64,000 bases of DNA, from positions 30,337 through 94,336 of IMG/VR virus record IMGVR_UViG_3300023084_000009; one strand, written 5' to 3'. Origin of the DNA: a virus. A program made the translations under genes and the position numbers. Below the pieces are notes generated by a model that worked only from the letters and a program-made list of their open reading frames with translations, had not been told where the DNA came from and searched no databases. Positions 9,782 through 16,632 of this stretch are shown piece by piece; the first letter of the stretch is position 1; every line of letters starts with the position of its first letter.

Positions 9782-9825
9782 TTGGATTACCTCGGATTAA
9801 TTGGATTCGGGGGATTTACTCGGAT

Positions 9826-9854
9826 AGTATAGCAAGGATGCCCTCAGTCGTCAA
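9826..9854 (-). promoter_or_regulatory. Sigma70-type promoter of gp32
   Basis: TTGACG-N17-TATACT with TGn extended -10. Confidence 0.75.
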
Positions 9855-10176
9855 GATATTGCTTGAGGGATTCGATTGTTTGACTCATACTATTGAATAA
9901 AACAGACATATCGGTTTCTGCGGGAAATCCCATCAAAGAAACCGACTTGCGTAGGTTCTCTTTCATCTCAACCGCTTGTGGATCGTCTGAAAGAGATACT
10001 CTAGTATACATCACTCTTTGCTTTTCTAGCAAGGTTTGGAGTTTCTCAATGTGTTCTAATTTGGTTTCATTAGACATTGAACCAAAACTCAATATACTCC
10101 CATAAATTTGCTCTTGAAGTTTATTGATCTCTTTTAGTTCGTCTTGAATAATATCAGACTCAAAGAATTCACTCAT
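9844..10176 (-). CDS. Conserved cyanophage protein (DUF1825-like)
   Basis: FFES.I.Q.E...I, LLEKQ...Y.R..LSDDP.A. Confidence 0.7.
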   Translation of the reverse strand: MSEFFESDIIQDELKEINKLQEQIYGSILSFGSMSNETKLEHIEKLQTLLEKQRVMYTRVSLSDDPQAVEMKENLRKSVSLMGFPAETDMSVLFNSMSQTIESLKQYLDD

Positions 10177-10342
10177 TTTCGGTTGCTACCAACTGCTCCT
10201 CTTTAGAAGCTTCGATTTGCTCCAGAACTTCAATTGCACCATTAAGACGCATAACAGTATTTCTGATAGTTTCAAACTGGTCAATTGCAGCTTGACGCTG
10301 CTCTTTCAATTGTGCAAGAACTGCATTATTTTCAAGTGCCAT
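10169..10342 (-). CDS. 57-aa coiled-coil hypothetical protein
   Basis: Hand translation MALENNAVLAQLKEQRQ...RLNGAIEVLEQIE; fills the gap between gp59 and the next gene. Confidence 0.65.
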   Translation of the reverse strand: MALENNAVLAQLKEQRQAAIDQFETIRNTVMRLNGAIEVLEQIEASKEEQLVATENE

Positions 10343-10934
10343 AAGAAATAATCTCCTTCAAAATTTTTTTGTAATTAAACACGTCAATATTTATGAACGG
10401 ACTATACTTTTTGATTTTCAAACTTACGGTTTCCCACACTGGATCATCCAACTTTTTATCAAAGTTTTTTGAGAAATGGAATATTTTGTCGTAAATTACG
10501 AAGGTTTCTAGAGATATACTCCCGCTTAGAAACTTTTTGAGTATCAGGGGGTGTCCCTTGGTACATTTGAACAAACTCTCTAACTCGTTCTCCGATAACA
10601 ATTCGTTGCTTTGCTCTTTGAACAAGTACGTCAAACTCTGTTGGCGTCTCCTCCACTCGGAGTAATTTCTTTCGCCAGAATTGATAATTTCGCCAATCCA
10701 TAGGTTTTGCGGGTTGTCGGTGGCAGTGAAATTAGATACTAAAAAATCTACGACTTCTTTATCAGAATACTTACGCGAGGTCTTTTCAAACCAGTACTTA
10801 TCCTTTCGTTTATTGAAAGAAGTCATACTGGCACGAGTCCTCGCACCGTATTTGAAGAAATCGTATTTTGGATTTGTGAAGTGATTCTTTAGTGACAAAT
10901 AATGTTGATAAGTTTCAAAGGGAGTCACGGTCAT
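10332..10934 (-). CDS. gp59: Helicase loader gp59
   Basis: Y..YLSLKNHFT..YDFFKY, F.KRKDKY.F.K, I.LET; start at MTVTPF chosen from the ATGA overlap with gp33. Confidence 0.9.
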   Translation of the reverse strand: MTVTPFETYQHYLSLKNHFTNPKYDFFKYGARTRASMTSFNKRKDKYWFEKTSRKYSDKEVVDFLVSNFTATDNPQNLWIGEIINSGERNYSEWRRRQQSLTYLFKEQSNELLSENELESLFKCTKGHPLILKKFLSGSISLETFVIYDKIFHFSKNFDKKLDDPVWETVSLKIKKYSPFINIDVFNYKKILKEIISYGT

Positions 10935-11191
10935 AGAGGAAGTTTTGCTCTCGATGTTCTCTTCATAAAGTTGAGGCGTGTTGCATCCCACTTCAATCTC
11001 TCTTTAAGAGGTTTTGAAACGAGTTTCGTGATAGATTCTACCTCAAGATTATTGATTTCGCAATAGTGGCAAATAGCATCAATGTAGTTGAAGTTTTCTT
11101 CTGCTACAATTTTTTCTATTTCCAGAGCAAATTTAGAAGGAGTCAAAAACTTACTTTCTATTGCTTGTTCTAGTTCTTTATTGGGTTCCAT
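10931..11191 (-). CDS. gp33: Late transcription coactivator gp33
   Basis: F..EIE.IV.....YIDAI..YCE.N.LEVE...KL.SK.LKE.L..DA..LN; start at MEPNKE. Confidence 0.9.
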   Translation of the reverse strand: MEPNKELEQAIESKFLTPSKFALEIEKIVAEENFNYIDAICHYCEINNLEVESITKLVSKPLKERLKWDATRLNFMKRTSRAKLPL

Positions 11192-11858
11192 AGAGTTCCA
11201 GTTTATCTCTAACAAACTTTCTAATATATTGTGTGAGAAGTTTGATGTACTTTGATTTGTCTCGTTCTTCATAGACGACGCATTCTCCATTTTCACATGC
11301 CATGATAATTACAAGTTTTTTGACTGATATGCCAGTCAGTTCGTACAGCATACAACCATATGCCATGCACTGTACAAAATAGTGTTCGATCCACTCTCGT
11401 GGTTTGGGTTTTTTAGAAGTCTTAAAATCGATTATTGCTAACTCGCCGTCATATTCAGCGATACAGTCAACCGTGCCTGCAATGCCCAGTTGCTTACTAT
11501 ATAGGGAACCTTCTAAGGCGTAAATATTATTTATACGTTTTAGGTCTGTTTTTGAGATTTTGAATAAGAAATCTGACATTGGTTGAACCTTTGGTAGTTC
11601 CTCATTTTTGAGGTGATGTTCTACCAAGGTGTGCATATCTGTACCACGACTTGTTGCTTTCTTCGTGATACGATCCGCTTCTTCATCACCAACTTTTTTG
11701 CGCCAGTTGATAAAGATCTCCTTATTAAAATGACTGGTCACCGATGTAATCGAGACCAGTCGGAGAAGTTCTTCATCATCTGGAACTTTATAGTACCTTA
11801 CTCCATCAATAGTCTCCCTCTCAAGTTGAGGGAGATCAATATCAACATGATTGAACAT
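11178..11858 (-). CDS. PD-(D/E)XK exonuclease
   Basis: SITSV, RGT.MH, AGTVDCIAE.DG...IIDFKTS, YFVQ..AY. Confidence 0.88.
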   Translation of the reverse strand: MFNHVDIDLPQLERETIDGVRYYKVPDDEELLRLVSITSVTSHFNKEIFINWRKKVGDEEADRITKKATSRGTDMHTLVEHHLKNEELPKVQPMSDFLFKISKTDLKRINNIYALEGSLYSKQLGIAGTVDCIAEYDGELAIIDFKTSKKPKPREWIEHYFVQCMAYGCMLYELTGISVKKLVIIMACENGECVVYEERDKSKYIKLLTQYIRKFVRDKLELYGTQ

Positions 11859-12616
11859 TAAAAACCTGCTTCCATTTTAGCAATAATGTATTCTTTAACG
11901 AGACCAGAACGTACAATGTCATCTACACCAAATTCAATTAAATCGAAGGATGGCATTTTACGCAAGATATTCATAAAATCATGAATACCATTACGCTCGT
12001 TTGACTTCTGCAAATCAGACTGAACAGCATCACCACAGAAGCAAATTTTGGTATTTTCACCAACACGAGTAATTATACTATCCAATTCGTGAAAATTCAA
12101 GTTTTGGTATTCATCAACGATAACAATAGCATTGTCAAGTGTAGTTCCACGAAGGAACGAAGTAGACCAGAACTTGATAGTTTCTTGTGATTTGAGATTG
12201 CCGTAGAGCATTTCAAAGTCAGCATCACTAGGCATCTGGAACATGTACTTCACCATATTCTTATATGGGATTTGGTAGATGTCTGCCTTATCTTCATGGG
12301 ATCCAGGGAGAAAACCGATCTCTCTGGTTGCTACAAGCGATCGTACAAGGTAAATACGCTCATAAGGTGTGGTCTCATCCAATACATCTTGAAGTGCGTT
12401 GTAGAGCGTAATAAAGGTCTTACCAGTACCAGCACAACCATAAGCAACAATGTGCTTACCATCTTTATATGACTCAAACAGAGTTTTTTGGTTTTCTGTA
12501 AGTGGTTCAATATCTACCAAATAGTCACTATTAAGAGGTTTTTTCCTCTTCATCTGCTTTGCCGTGAGTCCAACCCCGATGGGTTGCTCTGCAGATGATC
12601 TTTTTCTTCTTGCCAT
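11858..12616 (-). CDS. phoH: PhoH-family ATPase
   Basis: GCAGTGKT Walker A, REIGFLPG, SFLRG.T, VDEYQN, GD..QSDL, DIVRSGLVK. Confidence 0.95.
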   Translation of the reverse strand: MARRKRSSAEQPIGVGLTAKQMKRKKPLNSDYLVDIEPLTENQKTLFESYKDGKHIVAYGCAGTGKTFITLYNALQDVLDETTPYERIYLVRSLVATREIGFLPGSHEDKADIYQIPYKNMVKYMFQMPSDADFEMLYGNLKSQETIKFWSTSFLRGTTLDNAIVIVDEYQNLNFHELDSIITRVGENTKICFCGDAVQSDLQKSNERNGIHDFMNILRKMPSFDLIEFGVDDIVRSGLVKEYIIAKMEAGF

Positions 12617-12864
12617 TAGATTTTCTTTACTCTAGAACGAGGTGCTTTTGCTGCTTTACCTAGGACATCATTCCAACCAGGATTCTTGGCGATGAGTTTA
12701 TCTCGCCACTCTCCAACTTCCCCAGGTTGTGGACAAGTAGATGGATCTGACCAATCCCGTTGCCAATCGGGATTGTCTTTACACCACTGAGACCAGTCGT
12801 GAACACTCATGCTCACTTCTTTCTGCTCTCCAGTTTCTTTGTGAATAACAGGATAAGTCGCCAT
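12616..12864 (-). CDS. Conserved cyanophage hypothetical protein
   Basis: MATYPV....TGE.KEV.MS...W; TAATG-coupled to phoH. Confidence 0.75.
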   Translation of the reverse strand: MATYPVIHKETGEQKEVSMSVHDWSQWCKDNPDWQRDWSDPSTCPQPGEVGEWRDKLIAKNPGWNDVLGKAAKAPRSRVKKI

Positions 12865-12888
12865 AGTTACAAATTCAAGATGATTTAT

Positions 12889-13524
12889 TTAGACCCACTC
12901 CAGTGCTTCTGCCACTGTGGGAAACTGCTCTGAAAAGATTTTCTTACATGCTTCTGCGATATCCATGTGCTCTTTCTGGGTTCCATTAGCAGAACGCAGT
13001 TGAATGTAATGAATCCAAGAACGACAGGAACCAGACATATAGAGTCGGGTAGGAGTTGCCAGAGGAAGCACAAAGCGAGCACACTCTTTGGCAATACCCT
13101 CATCAAGCATCGTTTGATACAATGCCATCGCGTCCCTGAAGTGATCCTGCATCAACATTTCATACTTCTGCTTGACGAAAGGATCAATGTCGTCAATAGA
13201 ATTCTGACGATTCTTGGTATCTTGACGACGAAGTTCTGGGAGCGGGATCGTCTCCGAGAGTAGGGAAGAATCAGCATAGCGTTGCGAAAATTCTTGATAT
13301 GTGAAAGAACGGTGCCGCAAAATTTGAGCTGCCAGACCACGAGTAGTCTCAATCTCAAGCGTCATGAACGACTGTTCAAAGACACTCCAGTGGTTGTGCT
13401 TAATACAATAACCCAACAACTTAGCATAATTGGGATTTTCCTGATTATTAGGATTGCTCACACGAGCAACATATGCCATTGTTTGCTCCGCATCAGGAGT
13501 CACACTAACCAGTTTTACACTCAT
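12889..13524 (-). CDS. thyX: Flavin-dependent thymidylate synthase ThyX
   Basis: H.SVFE, QILRHRSF..QEFSQRY, KECARFVLP, TQKEH. Confidence 0.96.
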   Translation of the reverse strand: MSVKLVSVTPDAEQTMAYVARVSNPNNQENPNYAKLLGYCIKHNHWSVFEQSFMTLEIETTRGLAAQILRHRSFTYQEFSQRYADSSLLSETIPLPELRRQDTKNRQNSIDDIDPFVKQKYEMLMQDHFRDAMALYQTMLDEGIAKECARFVLPLATPTRLYMSGSCRSWIHYIQLRSANGTQKEHMDIAEACKKIFSEQFPTVAEALEWV

Positions 13525-13685
13525 TTACCAAATCCTTTCGATGTTTTCTTTTCTATTTCTGCGAGTTGCTCTTTCAACTCACGAAGTTGTGCCTTCATCT
13601 CTATGATCTTTTCTTCTGTATAGAGATGATCTTGCTTGATTAGGCGCTCAAGCAACTTGATAAGTTTTTTAGATCTACTAACCAT
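13521..13685 (-). CDS. 54-aa hypothetical protein
   Basis: Hand translation MVSRSKKLIKLLERLIKQDHLY...KGFGK; overlaps both neighbours. Confidence 0.7.
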   Translation of the reverse strand: MVSRSKKLIKLLERLIKQDHLYTEEKIIEMKAQLRELKEQLAEIEKKTSKGFGK

Positions 13686-13855
13686 TAGTCTGGGTATCCA
13701 TCGTCGTCATCAAAGATTTCATCATAGTCGTGAAGTCCTCCTTTTACATCCTCATAGTTCAAATAACTCTGAGTATCAGAATAAACTTCTGCTTTAAGAG
13801 AATCTACAAGAAGTTCAAGATTACGGACGATGAGTTTAAGTTTTTCTTTGTCCAT
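13685..13855 (-). CDS. Conserved cyanophage hypothetical protein
   Basis: MDKEKLKLIVRNLELLVDSLKAEVYSD; start placed downstream of the promoter. Confidence 0.7.
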   Translation of the reverse strand: MDKEKLKLIVRNLELLVDSLKAEVYSDTQSYLNYEDVKGGLHDYDEIFDDDDGYPD

Positions 13856-13876
13856 GAGATACGGTTCTCTCAAGCA

Positions 13877-13905
13877 ATTATACACAAAAAAAGAGGGTTC
13901 GTCAA
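13877..13905 (-). promoter_or_regulatory. Sigma70-type promoter of the thyX-phoH unit
   Basis: TTGACG-N17-TATAAT. Confidence 0.8.
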
Positions 13906-13913
13906 GAACCCTC
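13886..13913 (-). terminator. Intrinsic terminator of the riboswitch operon
   Basis: GAGGGTTC-TTGAC-GAACCCTC hairpin followed by T7. Confidence 0.85.
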
Positions 13914-14057
13914 AGATCTTAATAAGTTTTCAAACCATTCTCGCAGATGGATTCGGTAACATGACCAATAGTTACATCCCCGATATTTGAGTTGATAACA
14001 TGATGGTGGTCTGTTATCTCTATCCATATCATCGTAATGATACCGATAGTCTTCCAT
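13902..14057 (-). CDS. 51-aa peptide with an LKYRG motif (DUF4278-like; not in ORF track)
   Basis: MEDYRYHYDDMDRDNRPPSCYQLKYRGCNYWSCYRIHLREWFENLLRSEGS; GAGGA upstream. Confidence 0.6.
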   Translation of the reverse strand: MEDYRYHYDDMDRDNRPPSCYQLKYRGCNYWSCYRIHLREWFENLLRSEGS

Positions 14058-14058
14058 T

Positions 14059-14154
14059 TTACTTCCTCGTTAGAAGAAGTACTTCTCCGTATAACAAGCA
14101 AATAAAAGCAACGCTAAAAAGGGTTCCGAACCCAGCTACTTGAAGTGCTTGCAT
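14059..14154 (-). CDS. 31-aa single-TM peptide
   Basis: MQALQVAGFGTLFSVAFICLLYGEVLLLTRK, 4 nt after the DUF4278 stop. Confidence 0.55.
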   Translation of the reverse strand: MQALQVAGFGTLFSVAFICLLYGEVLLLTRK

Positions 14155-14158
14155 GGTT

Positions 14159-14323
14159 TTACTTATTGTAAGTGTGACCGCGATAGCAGAATGTTCCGTG
14201 AATTTCGTCAACACCTTGCTGACACTCATACTTAACACCACGATAGGATGTCATAGCAATTTGTGCGTCGTGCAGTGCTGATGCTTTCTGGATTTGCTTT
14301 TTGATCAGAGTGAGTGTGTTCAT
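14159..14323 (-). CDS. DUF4278-like protein (possible glutamine synthetase inactivating factor-like)
   Basis: MNTLTLIKKQI...TSYRGVKY...FCYRGHTY (two YRG motifs), downstream of a glutamine-riboswitch-like RNA. Confidence 0.75.
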   Translation of the reverse strand: MNTLTLIKKQIQKASALHDAQIAMTSYRGVKYECQQGVDEIHGTFCYRGHTYNK

Positions 14324-14361
14324 TTGTCGTACCTGAAATACTAGGGTGAGTTTTAAGTCTC

Positions 14362-14635
14362 CCGTTCCTTCAGTCGTTTGCGTCCTGTGCTTCAAAACAC
14401 TTAGGGTCTGTATGTTCCATCCAATGGATGTAGATATCAGCCTTTTCAAAAGGAGTGAAGAGAGTTGTCTCATCTAATCCTTGCTTCAACCATTTCAAAT
14501 CTTCACAGCGAAGATAATTCTCCACTGGGACATGACTAAAAAAGATGAGTGCTAATGATAACATAGGATGAACGCTCCGTTCCGCGACTTACTTGCGTCC
14601 TATTCGCTATTCGCAAATAGCGAATGGGATGAACG
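14362..14635 (-). ncRNA. Double glutamine riboswitch (glnA-motif-like)
   Basis: Two copies of CGUUCAUCC...GGACGCAA...GGAACGG; AGUA/GAA E-loop elements; 10-bp perfect P2 hairpin; sits between the promoter and DUF4278. Confidence 0.8.
14370..14564 (-). CDS. 64-aa protein encoded inside a riboswitch arm
   Basis: ORF track; hydrophobic N-terminus, two Cys, ends DAND; start and stop lie in aptamer-conserved sequence. Confidence 0.6.
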   Translation of the reverse strand: MLSLALIFFSHVPVENYLRCEDLKWLKQGLDETTLFTPFEKADIYIHWMEHTDPKCFEAQDAND

Positions 14636-14642
14636 TAAGGGT

Positions 14643-14671
14643 ATTATACCCCTAATGTGAGTATTTATCAA
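14643..14671 (-). promoter_or_regulatory. Sigma70-type promoter of the riboswitch operon, with an embedded ATAAATA late motif
   Basis: TTGATA-N17-TATAAT; predicted +1 near 14636, immediately before the aptamer. Confidence 0.8.
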
Positions 14672-14679
14672 GTAAGTTC

Positions 14680-14695
14680 TGTAAAATACGATACA
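14680..14695. promoter_or_regulatory. NtcA-binding box
   Basis: TGTA-AAATACGA-TACA (GTA-N8-TAC with the flanking T/A), 8 bp upstream of the -35. Confidence 0.65.
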
Positions 14696-14747
14696 AAACC
14701 TTACAGAGCAAAAATTTTGCCGGGAATTTTTCCCTCGCTCAGGGAAA

Positions 14748-15107
14748 TCACTTCCTCTTTTTGGTTTTGGGTGCTTGATATCCCCAGGTCTTTGGGTTGT
14801 GCCTACCCTCTCCGTACTTTATACCTTTAAGTCCTTCACGAAACTTATCCCAGTACATATCAAACACATTTACTGCCTTTTGACTTCTGGTCAAGTCAAA
14901 ACATGTAATACCATCAACTTCATAGGTTACAATCCTTGCATCATTGGGGACGTCCTTGGTACACACCTGTTCCCAAGTTCCATTTTCAACTAGGATTTCA
15001 CATCCATATTTCTTTCTAGAGTTTTCCTTTTCTGTAGGTGTCCAGTTATACATAAGGTCTTCCTTTACAGGTGCCTCTTCAGACACCCTTGCCGTGTTTC
15101 TTGCCAT
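14748..15107 (-). CDS. Conserved cyanophage hypothetical protein
   Basis: P.DA..V.Y.......DL.R......FD.Y.DK, NPK.WG. Confidence 0.75.
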   Translation of the reverse strand: MARNTARVSEEAPVKEDLMYNWTPTEKENSRKKYGCEILVENGTWEQVCTKDVPNDARIVTYEVDGITCFDLTRSQKAVNVFDMYWDKFREGLKGIKYGEGRHNPKTWGYQAPKTKKRK

Positions 15108-15134
15108 TATAAACACTCCAATTGGTATTATATA

Positions 15135-15758
15135 TTACGAACGATTACCCCATTGAATATCAGGGAAAGCTTCCGCAACAATTTCTTTTGTAATTTTGTA
15201 CTTTTCTCCTAGTCTCTTGTCCTTAGTAAGGATAAGGATCTCTGCTTCAAGCGGATGAAGACCTTGGAGAATATTAATAAACATAGTCTCTCTACGAAGA
15301 GAACTCAACCCATCGTTACCACCTTTAACAAAGTTGTAAAAACGCTTGAACTCTTTACGAATAGAAGACTTTCCTTGATCTTGTGATCCAAGAGAGTTAG
15401 AACCCAACTCATTCATCTTGGAAACAGCATCACTAACTTTCTCTGATAGAGTGCCACTGAAAGAATTCTGCTCATCAGTTCCAGCATATGGAACATCACC
15501 AGGAGGGAGAAGACTAACTACACTCTCATCAAAGTTCCAGATCAATACAACCTTAGTGGCAGGATCATTAAACTTACGCAATGCCTCAACCTTCCTTGCT
15601 TTTGTCCTTTCTGAAGAAACTACATTCAGAATTTCATATACGAAAGGATTAGTAGGAAGGTCGGGGATTGGTTTTTGTGCTGCCTTTGGTTTGGTTGCTT
15701 TAGCAGCAGGTTTTGCCTTACTCGTCGATGTCTTCTTCGTCGTTTGTCTCGTAGTCAT
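15135..15758 (-). CDS. Conserved T4-like hypothetical protein
   Basis: WNFD....S.LP.G.VPY, FVKGGN....RRE.MFI..L.GLHP.EAE. Confidence 0.8.
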   Translation of the reverse strand: MTTRQTTKKTSTSKAKPAAKATKPKAAQKPIPDLPTNPFVYEILNVVSSERTKARKVEALRKFNDPATKVVLIWNFDESVVSLLPPGDVPYAGTDEQNSFSGTLSEKVSDAVSKMNELGSNSLGSQDQGKSSIRKEFKRFYNFVKGGNDGLSSLRRETMFINILQGLHPLEAEILILTKDKRLGEKYKITKEIVAEAFPDIQWGNRS

Positions 15759-15951
15759 GATAGTTTTCAAAGTTAAATGCGATCACCTCATCTGGTATCA
15801 GGTTACCCTGACTGTCAAACATTTCGGGGTGAGGTCTTGGTACTTCCCGATAGTTCATCATGTATTCTCTTGCCACCCAACCTGCCATTACTCCCACTAC
15901 AAGAAACAATACGGTTAGAAATGAACCGAATACTAAACTAACTGCTAACAT
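15718..15951 (-). CDS. Small membrane protein
   Basis: N-terminal TM helix, HPEMFD..GN.IPDE. Confidence 0.75.
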   Translation of the reverse strand: MLAVSLVFGSFLTVLFLVVGVMAGWVAREYMMNYREVPRPHPEMFDSQGNLIPDEVIAFNFENYHDYETNDEEDIDE

Positions 15952-16189
15952 TTCTTTTACCTCGGGAAACTACTTTTCTCTTCCTTGTTTTTAAGGAGAA
16001 TTCGAAATAGATGGTAACTTCCCTGTTCAGAAAGCAAACCATCTTCTCAAAAATTACATGTAATGGTTGAGTTTGCTTTCTTTTACCTCCATGAAGAATA
16101 AGTTCAACCCCGCGATTAACACGGATCTTGCTTTTATTTATGTTGTTATCAGACGATTCGTTGCTCTTTGAGGAATTTGATTGTGTCAA
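15938..16189 (-). CDS. Hypothetical protein
   Basis: ORF track; fits the tightly packed minus-strand operon. Confidence 0.6.
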   Translation of the reverse strand: MTQSNSSKSNESSDNNINKSKIRVNRGVELILHGGKRKQTQPLHVIFEKMVCFLNREVTIYFEFSLKTRKRKVVSRGKRNVSS

Positions 16190-16385
16190 CTGATCCTCCT
16201 AGTTTCTTTTCGTCACAAATTACCTGAGGAAAAGTAGATCCTTCTCCAAATTCAGAATAGAACTCTTCCTTAGTAAAGTCCCTATCAAGAGTATAAACCA
16301 CAAAGGTGCTTCCCGTCAACTCAAGAACTTGTTTTACCTTTGAGCAATAGGGACAATCTGGTTTGGAATAAACAGAAAAATTCAT
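16149..16385 (-). CDS. nrdC: Glutaredoxin
   Basis: VYSK..CPYC, TFPQV, LGG; start at MNFSVY. Confidence 0.9.
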   Translation of the reverse strand: MNFSVYSKPDCPYCSKVKQVLELTGSTFVVYTLDRDFTKEEFYSEFGEGSTFPQVICDEKKLGGSVDTIKFLKEQRIV

Positions 16386-16413
16386 AAATTGATTTCGAAA
16401 CATTTTTTGATAG

Positions 16414-16442
16414 ATTATATATGGTAAATGATATAGTGTCAA
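16414..16442 (-). promoter_or_regulatory. Consensus sigma70 promoter
   Basis: TTGACA-N17-TATAAT. Confidence 0.85.
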
Positions 16443-16444
16443 TA

Positions 16445-16610
16445 TTATTCTACATTATCAAATGTTGGAAGAAGATCATTCACATTTTGTTGAATCAGAA
16501 CATCATTCGAAAAATCATACGTGCAGATTCTTCTCTTACGAACCAAATCTACATCATCATATGCTACAACAATATAGTGTTCATATGTGCCAACTAGTCA
16601 GATATGCCAT
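16445..16610 (-). pseudogene. Deletion scar: 5' stub of a 2OG-Fe(II) oxygenase joined to a startless 3' gene fragment
   Basis: MAYLTSWHI-stop matches MAYLTCWHM of 29707; an out-of-frame startless reading IVVAYDDVDLVRKRRIC...TFDNVE-stop follows. Confidence 0.55.
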
Positions 16611-16632
16611 AATTGATTACAATTTTCAGATA

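Noticed and set aside
8933-9832. 299-aa plus-strand ORF antisense to gp32
   Set aside because: Shadow of the biased codon usage of gp32; no recognisable motifs
11178-11858. Cas4-like call implying a CRISPR system
   Set aside because: Standard T4-like exonuclease position between phoH and gp33; no array or other cas genes
12616-12900. Pho box upstream of phoH
   Set aside because: No convincing tandem repeat; phoH is embedded in an operon
14159-14473. 104-aa extended version of the DUF4278 ORF
   Set aside because: The extension runs through the riboswitch and the nested ORF; the start at 14323 fits better
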